A program made the translations under genes and the position numbers. A stretch of DNA of 64,000 bases from Octopus vulgaris (taxonomy: Eukaryota). Shown here piece by piece: positions 51,200-62,985 of the stretch. A model generated the notes under the pieces. That model searched no databases and was not told the DNA's origin. It saw nothing but the letters and a program-made list of their open reading frames with translations. The first letter of the stretch is position 1; every line of letters begins with the position of its first letter. The stretch spans positions 46,748,001-46,812,000 of the forward strand of contig OX597822.1 in NCBI GenBank assembly GCA_951406725.2, written 5' to 3'.

Positions 51200-51545
51200 C
51201 TTGGTTCTGGGTTCAATCGCTCTGCATGGCACCTAGGCCAAGTGTCTTCCACTATAGCCTCAGACCAACCAAACCCTTGTGGAAGGATTTGGGAGACAGA
51301 AACTGAAAGAACTCTGTTGTGTGTGTGTGTTTCTTTGTGCCTGTGTTTGTCCCCCACCACTGCTTGACAACCGGCATTGATGTATTTATGCCCCTGTAAC
51401 TTAGCAGTTTGGCAAAAGAGACTGATACAATAAATACCCAGCTTAAGAAAAAGAAGTAAATCCTGGGGTTGATTTCTTTGAAGGCAGGGCCCCAGCATGG
51501 CCACAGTCAGATGACTGAAACAAGTAAAAGATAACAGATAAAAGA
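51200..51545 (+). mobile_element. SINE family B
   Basis: GGCACCTAGGCCAAGTGTCTTCCACTATAGCC ... ATGACTGAAACAAGTAAAAGATA. Confidence 0.8.
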
Positions 51546-53293
51546 TACCAGGCCATTTCCTGTTGCCACGGTCCACTCAGCTGTAAAATGAATTCCAGCA
51601 ATTTCTGGGAAGTCAACTCTGAGACAAACCAGCATCCTGCTCAGAACGGGAGTTTGCCATCATCTCAGTCATTTATAAGTAATGGAAACTAAACTGGATT
51701 AAGCCCTGGCTTATGAGTCTTTAAAGGCTCAGGAGAGACCTAAATAAGAGGAGAGAGAGAGAGAGAGAAAAGGTGAAGTAGATGAGGGAGTAGGGGTTAT
51801 CAACATCATCATTTAACATCTGTTTTCTATGCTGGCATAGGTTGGATGGTTTGACAGGAGCTGGTAAAGGCCAGGGGATGCACCAGACTCCTTTGTCTCT
51901 TCTGGCCAGGTTTCCACAGCTAGATGACCTTCCTAACAGCAGCCACTTTACAGAGTGTTCTGGGTGCTTTTTATGTGGCACCAGCACCAGTTATCAGAGA
52001 GAAAAATGACAATGTGGTGGGTGGGGTTCTGCAGAAGTCAATGTCAAAGAACAGACAATAGAAAGGGAGAGAAAGAGGTGTGGGGGAAATAGTTATGAAC
52101 AATGCTATTATAAAATATCTCGCCATTATTTAGCTCCAAGTCACTTTGGCTGAATGAGCTGACCTGTAGTCAAAAGTGTCCCTAAAGTGCCAGTGATGTC
52201 TTTTATTTGGACAGTGTATCTAGGACTACATACGCTAATGTGACTTCCTTTTCAAAATCAATAGAGTGTAATTTGAGAAGTTTGCTTGCTATTTCTAGCA
52301 GGTTGAGGAATGATATAGAGCAGGCATGGGCAACCTTTTACAAGAAGCAGGCCATATGAGACATGGGTGATCTTAAGTGAGCTGCATTACTAAAAAAATT
52401 CAAAGTAATTTCTCATTAGGCATGCCATTCAGAAAATCCCATGGGTCACAGGTGGAGAAGCAGGCTGTCTTTGGTCAGTAAAAGAATCGTTTATAAGAGT
52501 CATTCAAGGTAACAAGTCCACTCTGACCTTTAAAGGAACTGTCCTGTAAAAATCAGTCAGAAAAACAGGTGTCACTGTGGCCTCTTTAGCTGGCAACATC
52601 TATGAGTCAGAGGAAAGGCATTTGAACAAACACTGCTCCACAGCACTTGGCAAGAGCAGATTAGGGAATAATAAAGAAGGCGTGGGTTGGGGACATGATA
52701 TCTCTTCTCTCATATATCTGGTATTCCGTTGGTTATGACAACCGGGGTTCCAGTTGATCCATTCAGTGGAACACCTGGCTTGTGAAATTAACAAGCAAGT
52801 GGCTGAGCATTCCACAGTGTGTGACAAGGCTGATGCCACTCATTTTTGCCAGCTCAGTGGACTGGAGCAACATGAAATAAAGTGTTTTGCTCAAGGACAC
52901 AACATGCCATCAGAAATTGAACTCACGACCTTATGATTATGAATCAAATATCTCTAACCACTGAGCCATGTGCCTCATATGTCTAATAGTAGTAGAACAA
53001 GTAGGTGAAGGAGAGACAAAGAGAGAGAAAATACTCAAGAGTGAGGCACTGATGGACAGACACCATTCCTTTTCTAAAGACCAACAACAACAACAGCTAA
53101 AACAGCTCAGCAGGTAAGATTCCAAATAGGAATTGTGGGTCCTTGGACAATTAGTATATTACAATCTTTAAATCTACTTCATTTGAATGAATCCCACAAC
53201 AATTGAATACTAACATCATCATCATTATTATTGTTGTCGTTTAGCATGCTGGACAAAATGCTTAGCGATACATTGTTTGTCTTAACCCTTTAG

Positions 53294-53625
53294 CAGTTCT
53301 ATATTTAAGAGATGAGGAATTATGTACATTATTTATATTTGACGGATAGTTGTCCTCATTTTCTTTGTTGTTAACACATTTCGACTGATATACCCTCCAG
53401 CCTTCATCAGGTGTCTTGCGGAAATTTCGAACCTGGGTTCTCATTCCTGAGGTATTTTCCAATGTTATTATTACTATTATTATTATTCAGGTCATTGCCT
53501 GGAGTCGAACACGGAATTTTGGGGTTAGTAGCCTACCCCTGAACCACTATGCCATATGTCCATGGGCATAGTGGTTAAGAGCGCAGGCAGTGACCTGAAT
53601 AATAAAAATGATGATGATGATATCA
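53294..53625 (-). mobile_element. Fold-back element family P1 (tRNA head plus hammerhead motif), second copy
   Basis: Homologous to 58885-59412; same 3' terminus (AAATATAGAACTG); short, internally deleted inverted head at about 53563-53625. Confidence 0.85.
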
Positions 53626-54104
53626 AATTTAGGCTCCAGGCCAGCAATTTTGGGGGAGGATGTTAGTCGATTATATTTTATTTCTTCAACCCTGAAAGGA
53701 TGAAAAGCAAAGTCAATCATGATGAAATTATGAGAATGTAAGGATGGATGAAATGCTGCTAAGCATTTTGTCCAATGTCCTATGATTCTGCCAGTTCACC
53801 ACCTTAATTCATCATCATCATCATTCCTAACGTCCGCTTTCCATGCTGGCATGGGTTGGACGGTTTCACTGAGGACTGGCAAGTCAGGAGGCTCCAATCT
53901 GGACTGGCAAGGGTTCCTTCCTAACACCAACCACTCCTAGAGTGTAGTGGGTGCTTTTTACGTACCACCAGCACAAGGGCCAGTCAAGTGGCACTGGCAG
54001 TGACCACGCTCGAATGGTACTTTTTATGTGCCACAATAATAATGATGATGATGATCTAAAATTTTGGTGCCAGGCCAGCAATTTTGGAGGAGGATGTTAT
54101 TCTT

Positions 54105-54445
54105 CTGCTTCTTTCAGTCATTCGACTGTGGCCATGCTGGAGCACCACCTTTAGTCGAGCAACTCAACCCCAGGACTTATTGCTTGTAAGCCTAGTACTT
54201 GTTCTATTGTTTTTTTTGCCTAACCGCTACGTTACGGGGACGTAAACACACCATCATCGGTTGTCAAACAATGGTGAGAGGGGAGAAACACACACATACA
54301 TTTATACAACGGGCTTCTTTCAGTTTCTCTCTACCAAATCCACTCACAAGGCTGTGGTTGGCCCAAGGCTATAGTAGAAGACACTTGCCCAAGGTGCCAT
54401 GTGGTTGGGAAGCAAGCTACTTACCACATAACCACTCCTGTGTCT
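54105..54445 (-). mobile_element. SINE family B nested in a family A copy
   Basis: Reverse-complement B consensus between two halves of a minus-strand A element. Confidence 0.8.
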
Positions 54446-55462
54446 ATAGTTGATTACATTTTATTTCTTTGACCCTGAAAGGGTGAAAGGCAAAGTCAAC
54501 CTGAATGAAATTACGAGAACATAAAGATGAATGAAATGTCATTAAGCATTTTGTCTGGTATGCTAACGATTCTGCCAGCCCTCCTGCTTAAATTTCCATC
54601 AAATATTACCATCATACGAAACAATGTAATTTGCAATCTTCCATGGAAAAGTGTTTGAACTGGAGTTGATTGATTCATTCATTTGACTAAAAATTCTTCA
54701 AGGTGGTGCCCCAGCATGGCCACAGTCTAATGACTGAAACGAGTAAAAGCTAAAAGATAGCCACAAAGAGGTGATATATTTGCAAATGACAGCTTATTGA
54801 TCCAACCACATTCTATGACTGGTACTTATTTTATTGACCCTTGGAAGAATGAAAGGTAAAATTTCTTTGGTTATGTTTGAACCCAGAATTTTACTGGTAC
54901 TCTATTATTTCTGGTTGGGTATGTCTTTAAGCTACATCCAGTTATTGAGGCCTGGTTCAGGAGTTCCAGGGTTTTGAGGAGTGTAGCATCACTTCTTATC
55001 TACTTTTGTTCCCAGGTCTACTCTCATCCAGAGTACTAGCAGCTGTCAAGGCCCACCCAGCTATGAGTTATTTAGCATACCTCTGCAAATGGTCCCTGAC
55101 ACACACCTCAGCAGATCTAGAGCAGGTGAGGCCCTCCAGTTCTTTAATTGCTCGTCTAAGAGAAGGTAACTCCATCCAAATCTTTTATTCTGATAACTGA
55201 TGGAGACAAGTAAAAGATTAAAGATAAATTAGTTGTAAAGGATTGAAGTCTCACTTATAAATTCAATGCTTTAAGTGATCACTCTGCATGCTAGAAATAG
55301 CAGCCAAAAGCCATCAAACCAGATGCCGCCATTTAAAGATAGTAATGATAAAAAAAAAAATGAAAAGATGTAAATGCATTGAAAGACATGATGGTCATGG
55401 CTAGAAAACCTTTCATCAAACAGTTGACTAATAGGAAGCTTTAGATTAAATCTGTTAGTCAT

Positions 55463-55893
55463 ATCATCATCATCATCATTTAATGTCTGCTTTCCATGCC
55501 AGCATGGGTTGGACGATTTGACTGGGGACTGGCAAACCAGATGGCTGCACCAGGCTCCAGTCTGATCTGCCCTTTCTAACGCCAACCACTCCGAGAGTGT
55601 AGTGGGTGCTTCTACGTGCCGCTGGCACGAGTGCCACACTAAAATGGTGTTTTTTACATGCCACCTGCACAGGAGCCAGTCCAGCAGCACTGGCAACGAC
55701 CTCACTTAAATGTTTTTTCACATGCCACTGGCACGAGCTCCAGTAAGGCAATGCAGGTAACAATCACGCTCGAATGGTGTTTTTTACGTGCCACCGGCAC
55801 AGAAGCCAGTTTGTTGCTCTGGCAATGATCACGCTCATATAGTACTCTTAGCACTCCACTAGTACGGATGCCAGTCATCGAATTTGATTTATT
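55463..55893 (-). mobile_element. SINE-like family C, longest copy
   Basis: From (CAT)n tail through four hairpin modules to GGATGCCAGTCATCGAATTTGATTT, the same 5' boundary as 11098. Confidence 0.88.
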
Positions 55894-55904
55894 TGTCATA
55901 TGTG

Positions 55905-56276
55905 GCACTCCGTCTTTTATGATGACAAGGGTTCCCGTTGATCCAATCAATGGAACAGCCTGTTCATGAAATTAACATGCAAGTGGCCAAGCACTCCACA
56001 GACACATGTACTCTTAGCATAGTTCTCAGGGATATTAGGGTAACAGTGACAAGGCTGGCCCTTTGAAATACAGGGACAAGAGAAACAGGAAGAAAGAGTG
56101 AGAGAAAGTTGTGGTGAAAGAGTACAGCAGGGTTTGCCACCACCCGCTGCCAGAGCCTCGTGGAGCTTTAAGTGTTTTCACTCAATAAACATTCACAACA
56201 CCCAGTCTGGGAATCAAAACTACAATCCTATGACTATGAGTCTGCTGCCCTAACCACTGGGCCATTGCGCCTCCAC
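55905..56276 (-). mobile_element. tRNA-derived SINE combining family F and family E segments
   Basis: Head GTGGAGGCGCAATGGCCCAGTGGTTAGGGCAGC on minus; GAGTGAGAGAAAGTTGTGG shared with family F; CATGAAATTAACATGCAAGTGG shared with the family E tail. Confidence 0.75.
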
Positions 56277-56619
56277 TATAGTATATAGGAAATACTGAAG
56301 CATTGGGTCACATCCAGATCTATGACCAGATAGATGTGTGCCATAAGTGGGTCTGTCTAAAAGACTGACTTATGAAGAGGGGTGCTGCACAACAACCATA
56401 ATCACCTTTCTACTGTAGGTACAAGGCCTGAAATTTGAAGAAGGGGTATGGTAGTTGACTACATCGACCCCAGTGCTTAACTGGTTTTTATTTCATTGAC
56501 CCTGGATGAAAGGCAAAGTCAAACTTGGCAAAATTTGAACTCAGATTGTAAAGAAGCACAAACTACTGCCCAGCATTTTGTCCTTCATGCTAACAATTCT
56601 GCCATCTCGTGGCCTTAGG

Positions 56620-57450
56620 TAACCTCTCAAACTGTATCTAAAGCTGCCCTCTGTTTACCCTGCCCCCTTGTTATTGTGTACAGTGATAAGTCAGCGAAGG
56701 AGATATTAGATTACAAATTACAGGTTTCTAAGTTCAAATTACTTGCAGTTAAAAGCATCCAAGCAGGTGGTTAGGAGGATTGCATGGAGGAGGCAAATGA
56801 GAGTAAAAGAAGGAAATATCCTGAGTTGGTGGGGCTATGCAAGGAAGGTATGATCCCATCAAAGTTGGGTGCAAAGGGTTTGTAAACTAACCCCTCTACA
56901 GGGCTTACAAGAGCCAGTAGGCAGAAGGCCATCAGGTTCGCTGTGGAGGCAGTAGAGGTTTCCTCTAAGTGTCTGTGGATCTGGAGGTGTGAGCTTTCAA
57001 AGGAACAGGGCTGCTAGGGCTAAGGCTGGCACTCCATCAATTTCAATGAAATTGACATGAAAGTGGCTGAGTTCTCCACAGACATGCATACTATTAATGT
57101 AATTAGTCCTTAGGGAGATTCAGCATGACACAGAATACGAAAAGACTGGCCCTTTTGAATTACAGGTACAACTCATTTTTGCCAGCTGAGTGGAATGGAG
57201 CAACATGAAATAAAGTCTCTTGCTCAATGATACAACATGCTACCAGGTATTGAACTCACAACCTCACCGTTTAGCCACATGCCTTTACTAACTCAGCCAC
57301 TACCAGGGCTAGTGCTAACAAGACCCAAGCTGAGGTTTGATCAACTGCCGCTGGGTCACCTGAGTGAGGGTGTCCAATGTTGAAAGACCCCAAAACATTT
57401 AATGACCCCCCAAGAAGCATCATTGAAGATGTGTCCAGATGCATCTCTGG
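56620..57450 (+). mobile_element. HERO-clade non-LTR retrotransposon 3' fragment split by a family E SINE (about 57030-57300)
   Basis: Broken translation EDCMEEANESKRRKYPELVGLCKEG/DPIKVGCKGFV...SRQKAIRFAVEAVEVSSKCLWIWR matches the HERO RLE C-terminus (EEA.ERK..KY.EL...C / PIEVGCRGF / AE.ASRWLW); 3' UTR at 57305-57450. Confidence 0.75.
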
Positions 57451-58344
57451 TTGATGTACAGAAAAGCTACAAACTCTGTAGTTAGTTGGAATAAGTATTG
57501 TATCAATCCAGGACTGTTCCTTTTGATGGACTGCTGTGCTATACACCCTGTGTCCTGTCTGCTTTATGCCATGAACACAGACACCAACTCCTTTAAGACC
57601 TTTTGACTTTAGGGAAGATTTCCTGCTACTTACTGCAGCATCACTGAATAATTAACAAGGTCCCTTCACAATCTTGACATCTTGATTTTGGTCCTACTTC
57701 AAATAATCTTGGGCAAATGTCTTTCTCTCTCTCTCTCTCTGCTCATGAAATTGACATGAGAGAGTGAGTGAGTGTGTGTGTGTTTGTCCCCCCGCCACCA
57801 TTTGACAACCGATGTTCATATTGTAGAGTACTTTGCCTAGCAGGGACAAGTACCTTTTCTGCTCTGTAACAAGAATGTTTGTGGTAGTTCCATGTATTTA
57901 CTCAAGCCCTGTAACTTAGTTTCTTGGCAAAAAAACCAAAAAAAAACACTGACAAAATAAGAACCAGACTATTTTTTAAGTGCTGGGGTTGATTTGTTCA
58001 ACTGAAACCCCTCAAGGTTATGCTTCAGCGTGACTGTAGTTCAATGATTAAAACAAGTAAAACATAAAAGATAAAGAAGATACACATGCAATGTACTTTA
58101 TTAGAAATAGAGTAAAAAAAACACGTTTGGGGTTACTGTTTGAAACCCTGTCCACATTTAACATATCTCGGACATCACAGTCTACCAGGGACCATCTCTC
58201 TCTATGCACAACCTGCCACAGGTTTGGCATGCAGATAATGGATTTAAACTCTTCTCAATAAACTTACAAAACCCACATCATGAAATTGTTACTCCACAGG
58301 TTGTATCTCGTCAATGAGGAAACTGGTAGTGGTTGCTCATCCAC

Positions 58345-58725
58345 CATCCATCACTTTAAATCTAAATCTTGTCCCTGTTAACAGGGGTGGTCGGATTTAC
58401 CTCAATGCCATAGCAACCACTCTCACACCATCTTGCCTGGTTTTGGGCGTCTGCCCTTCTTAAACCAACCCTCCCAATCTCCTCCTCCACATTTTCCTTG
58501 GTCTACCCCGCTTTCACTGTCCATATACCTCAAACTCTAGCACCCTCCTCAACACATGCCCATACCACCACACTCCATTTGCCCTTGCCAGCCATTCCAC
58601 TGATTCCTCCAACCCCCAGCATCCCCATCAAGTCCTCAATCCTCTTCTTATCAAACAGCTTCATCCCACACATTTCTCTCACCATTGCTCTCTCACTCCT
58701 TCTCTCAAGATTGCTCAACATGCTA
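58345..58725 (-). mobile_element. RTE-clade LINE 3' fragment
   Basis: ERAMVREMCGMKLFDKKRIEDLMGMLG / GVWWYGHVLRRVLEFEVYGQ*KRGRPRKMWR. Confidence 0.85.
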
Positions 58726-58936
58726 GATAGAAATGGCAGACAAATCTTCCTCAGATCGCACTAATGATTCTACCAACCCACCAAATAATGATGTCTTTTA
58801 TTGCCACAAGGACAGCAAATAAGGACATTACTTGACAGTGGTGGGAAGGTTTACATTAAGAGAGAGAGAAACATTAAATGAAATTGTTTACATTATTTAC
58901 ATATGATGGATATTTGTCCTCATCTTGTTTGTTGTT

Positions 58937-58982
58937 AACACAACGTTTCAGCTAGTATACCCTCCAGCCTTCATCAGGTGTC
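58937..58982 (-). ncRNA. Minimal type I hammerhead ribozyme motif (Penelope-type)
   Basis: GACAC-CTGATGA-A-GGCTG-GAGGGTATAC-TAGCT-GAAAC-GTT-GTGTT: stem I, core, stem II and a loopless palindromic stem III. Confidence 0.75.
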
Positions 58983-59286
58983 TTGGGGAAATTTTGAACC
59001 TGGGTTCTCATTCCTAAGGTATTTTTTGATGTCATTATTATTATTATTATTATTCAGGTCACTGCCTGGAATTGAACTCGGAATCTTGGAGTTAGTAGCC
59101 CACGCTCTTAACCACTATGCCATATGTGGGCATGTGGTGTAGCGTTTAAGAGCGCATGCTACTAACCCCAAGATTCCGAGTTCGACTTCAGGTAGTGGCC
59201 TAAATAATGATAATAATAATAATAATAATAATAATAACATCAAAAAATACCTTAGGAATGAGAATCCGGGTTTGAAATTTCCCCAA

Positions 59287-59332
59287 GACACCTGATGAAG
59301 GCTGGAGGGTATATCAGCCAAAACGTTGTGTT
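59287..59332 (+). ncRNA. Minimal hammerhead motif with G12-to-A change
   Basis: GACAC-CTGATGA-A-GGCTG-GAGGGTATAT-CAGCC-AAAAC-GTT-GTGTT; the change is at a CpG. Confidence 0.65.
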
Positions 59333-59534
59333 AACAACAAACAATATGAGGATAAATATCCGTCAATTGTAAATAATGTACATAATCCCTTATCTCTTAA
59401 ATATAGAACTGTATTAAATGAAATATAATGTAAAAAATTATAAAACAACCCTTTACAATCAGCACTTTGCCTATCGAGGCAAGTACTTCCTCTACAAGAT
59501 GTTTGTAGTAAGCCTATTTATTTACTCAAGCCCT

Positions 59535-59700
59535 TAACTTCCTTTGGAAGGGGTCATCAACAACTCTCCGCTGTTCTCAACTCTGGGTTGCTTTTTCTGC
59601 TTCTCACCAACTGGATCCTTATTTCTTGCAGCTCTGCCTCACTATCCTGCCCCCTGCTATTTTTAGTGCATCCTCTTTTCTGCTTCCTTTGTGGGTATTA
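59535..59700 (-). mobile_element. Decayed RTE-clade LINE C-terminal fragment
   Basis: PQRKQKRGCTKNS..RIVR/AELQEI... resembles P.GKRKRGRPK.TW.R.V..EL. Confidence 0.45.
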
Positions 59701-60166
59701 GGTTATAAGTTTTGAATTGTTACCAATATTTGTGGTTTTGTTCTTTTCTTGGTAGGGGTGTTGGCCCTGCACATTTTTACCTCAAGGAAGAAGTGGTCCA
59801 TATGAGGTTAACCGCTGTCTTTGACCTATCCAATGTGGGAGATCATACCAGGAACTTGCACTCTGCTGGCATAATTCTCATGCAAGTTACCACACCACAC
59901 AGGAACCAGACCCTGTGATGGAGAAGGCTCACTTAACAACATCAAACTACTCTTTCATCCTCCTCTTCAAATGATATTTAAATTGATGAAAGCTTCACCA
60001 AAGAGGAACTAATTTGTTCAAAGGGAATTAGTTTAATTTATATAAAGATTGAATCCCAATTTAATTACAAGGAAACAAAGAAAAAAGGGAGGGATTAAGC
60101 AGCAGAAGTTAGTGGAGAGAGAAGTAGACCCCAGAACAAATGGTCTGTTCAGCCACCATGCTCTGC

Positions 60167-60740
60167 TCACATGACCATGATGGCATTGCTGTTGGAAATG
60201 GCCAGTGACATTTGCTGCAGCAACCACCTCACTTCATGGGGCTCATTTCCTATATGGGCCACAGTTATCCCAGTTTTGCAGAGGAAATCAGCAGTACACG
60301 ATCCTAGATCTGTTGAGGTCTTGATGGTGACCAGCACAAACCAATAGCAGCTAGTCAGGCTCCTGGAAACTGCTTGCCTCCCTCCTCCCCCAAAGGAAGG
60401 CAGTTGAATGATGCTTACAAGGGAGCTGGCCGACTGCTAAGTGCATCCTAAATCTGACAACAATGTTCCAGTGTTGAATGAGTTTTTGATTCTATCCATC
60501 TGTCTTGGACAGGCCCAGCTGAGACTTCATTTAGTGTCGGTTGCACTACTAAGCCAAAGAATTTTATAAAAGTTCTCTATAATTTCCAACCTGGGAAACT
60601 ACCATAGTCTTCTTTGATAGCTAGATCCTCTCTCAGATCATCTCTCATGCATATCAATGGTTGATGCCCCACTGGCTAATTTGAAAGGATTGTGAGTCTT
60701 TGACAACATTCCAGATGCCAAGGGCACTATTCTAGTCTAC
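60167..60740 (-). mobile_element. CRE-like non-LTR retrotransposon RLE C-terminal remnant
   Basis: YWFVLVTIKTSTDLGSCTADFLCKTG...NEPHEVRWLLQQMSLAISNSNAIMVM* resembles F.P.A.ET.G..G.....FL..LG.....RE..WL.QRLSLAIQRGNA. Confidence 0.6.
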
Positions 60741-61074
60741 ACTTGACTCATGAATGTAGCCCTATCAAAAAGAAAAGCTGTAAAAAAAACTGCTTGACAA
60801 ACGACAACCATACACACACACATGTTAAGTCAGGTTGCTCATGAGTGACATGCAACCAAAGTAACATGTAAACCAGTACAAACTTGTTGCATAGTCAAGC
60901 AGTCAGGGACTAAACAGGCAACAACACCACCAAACCTATTTAGTGAGTATGTTGGTCTTTGGACAGCTTGTGAGGTGAAGACCCATCAAAGTTGGAAGAA
61001 CTTTGGAGAATCAAAGGCCATCCAATCATGAGATATATACGTGTGTGTGTGTGTGCGTGCGTGTGTGTGTGTAT

Positions 61075-62196
61075 GCCAGCATTGCATAAAAGGCACCTGT
61101 GTTGGCACCACATAAAAACCTCCTGTGCTAATGTAACATAAAAATCACCCATTAGACTCTGTAAAATGGCTGGCATTAGAAAGAGCATCCAGCCATAGAA
61201 ACCATGAGAAAACAGACAATTGGAGCCTGGTGCAACCTTCCAGCTCCTGTCAAACCATACCAGCAAGGAAAATGAATGATAATGGTGATGATGGTGCATG
61301 AAAACTTACAAATTTCTTGTTTGGTAGCCTACCAGTGTCATGGTGGGGGCTACTAACCCAGGATATGGGGAACTCTGACAAAAAAACTTGAAGTATGTTA
61401 GTCATTGAATTTGTGACAAATATTTGTACAGCTTTCTGCTTTCAGCATTTTTAAAAAGCATGGCTGGTCCTACACAAATCTTCACCACTGAAAACATAAT
61501 TTGAGTGGATAGTCCAACAAGTTATGATGTTGGCTGTGAAACCCTCGTATGTTGAAAGCAATGGGAGAATGCACTCTCTCTCTATATATATCACTTTGAC
61601 ACCTGTTGTGTGGTACCCTGTGCACCTGTTCAGGCAATGTCAGTTTGATGGAAGGAGTGAGCTGATGTACAGCAAATACATTTGTTCCCTATAAACAAAT
61701 CACCTGTGCAGGTCATTCTGCAAAAACTGAACACTCATACATCGTCTTCAACGGGTGAGTTCATCATATGTGTGTGTGTGTGTGTGTGTGTAAGAAGCAC
61801 TCCTGCTGGTGGCACATTAAAAGCACCCAGCACATACTGTAAAGTGACTAGCATTAGGAAGGACATCCAGCTGTAGAAACCATGCCAAATCAGACTGGAA
61901 CCTGGTGCAGCTCTCCAGCCTGCCAGCTCTGGTCAAACCATCCAACCCATACCAGCATGGAAAACGGACGTTAAAGTTTGATGATGATATATATATATAT
62001 AGACGTCACTGGTGCCAAGCTGCATTGGCCTTTGCCTTTCCCTTGGATGACATCGGTGGTGTGGAGAGGGGAGGCTGGTATGCATGGGCAACTGCTGGCC
62101 TTCCACAAACAACCTTGCCCGGACTTGTGCCTTGGAAGGTAACTTTCTAGGTGCAATCCCATGGTCATTCATGACCGAAGGGGGTCTCTGTCCCAC

Positions 62197-62244
<48 letters not shown>

Positions 62245-62558
62245 GGCATGTAAAACGCACCATTTGAGCGTCGTCATTGCCAGTGCTGCCTGACTGGCTC
62301 CTGTGCTGGTGGCACGTAAAATGTACCATTCAGCCGTGGTCAATGCCAGTATCGCCTGACTGGCCCTCATGCCGGTAGCACATAAAAAGCACTCACTACA
62401 CTCTCAGAGTGGTTGGTGTTAGGAAGGGCATCCAGCTGTAGAAACTTTGCCAAATCAGATTGGAGCCTGGTGCAGCCTTCTGGCTCGCCAGCCCTCAGTC
62501 AAACCATCCAACCCATGCCAGCATGGAAAGCAGATGTTAAATGACGACAATGATGATG

Positions 62559-62560
<2 letters not shown>
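61075..62560 (+). mobile_element. Three family C copies (61075-61295, 61800-61987, 62243-62560) and intervening SINE-like fragments
   Basis: Hairpin modules, AGGAAGGGCATCCAGCTGTAGAAAC and (GAT)n tails. Confidence 0.8.
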
Positions 62561-62587
<27 letters not shown>

Positions 62588-62591
<4 letters not shown>

Positions 62592-62967
62592 ATGTCAAGA
62601 ATTTTTGTATAAAGTTTCAAGAAATGCCAGCTCGCCATCTTAAACCTATAAATAATAGCATGTAAATATTGGTTGGAAAAACCCTTTTGGAAAGAAAATG
62701 TTGAAGGCTGCTCACACACAGACGGCAATTTTAATTTAGTGCTGTTTCTATTGCATATACTGAGTTTTATATAGATGTACTTGCATAGCAAGTGACCTGA
62801 TCTGAGATCGTGTGCTGGAACAAAAGCAATTGCAGTGTGGAAGGTGTTTATAAGCCATTTAAAACACAAAAACTGTTAGATTCACTTCAACATTTAAATT
62901 TTATTTGCCAAAACATTTTCGCTGCTTTGAGACCGTGACCTGTTCACTGACAAAATTCCGTGCTGCA
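62588..62967 (-). mobile_element. Fold-back family P2, single-arm copy with longer extension
   Basis: 62774-62967 matches 29000-29190; flanked by (TA)n. Confidence 0.8.
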
Positions 62968-62985
62968 TATATATATTTATATATA

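Larger units (their letters stand above)
58885..59412 (+). mobile_element. Fold-back element family P1: head-to-head tRNA-derived units each carrying a minimal hammerhead ribozyme motif; 12-bp TSD
   Basis: About 240-bp inverted arms centred near 59126; TSD ATTAAATGAAAT at 58873-58884 and 59413-59424; Pol III A/B boxes; CTGATGA...GAAAC core. Confidence 0.9.

Noticed and set aside
59055-59200. Functional tRNA genes at SINE/P1 heads
   Set aside because: A/B boxes are present but cloverleaf stems are broken and the heads run directly into repeat bodies
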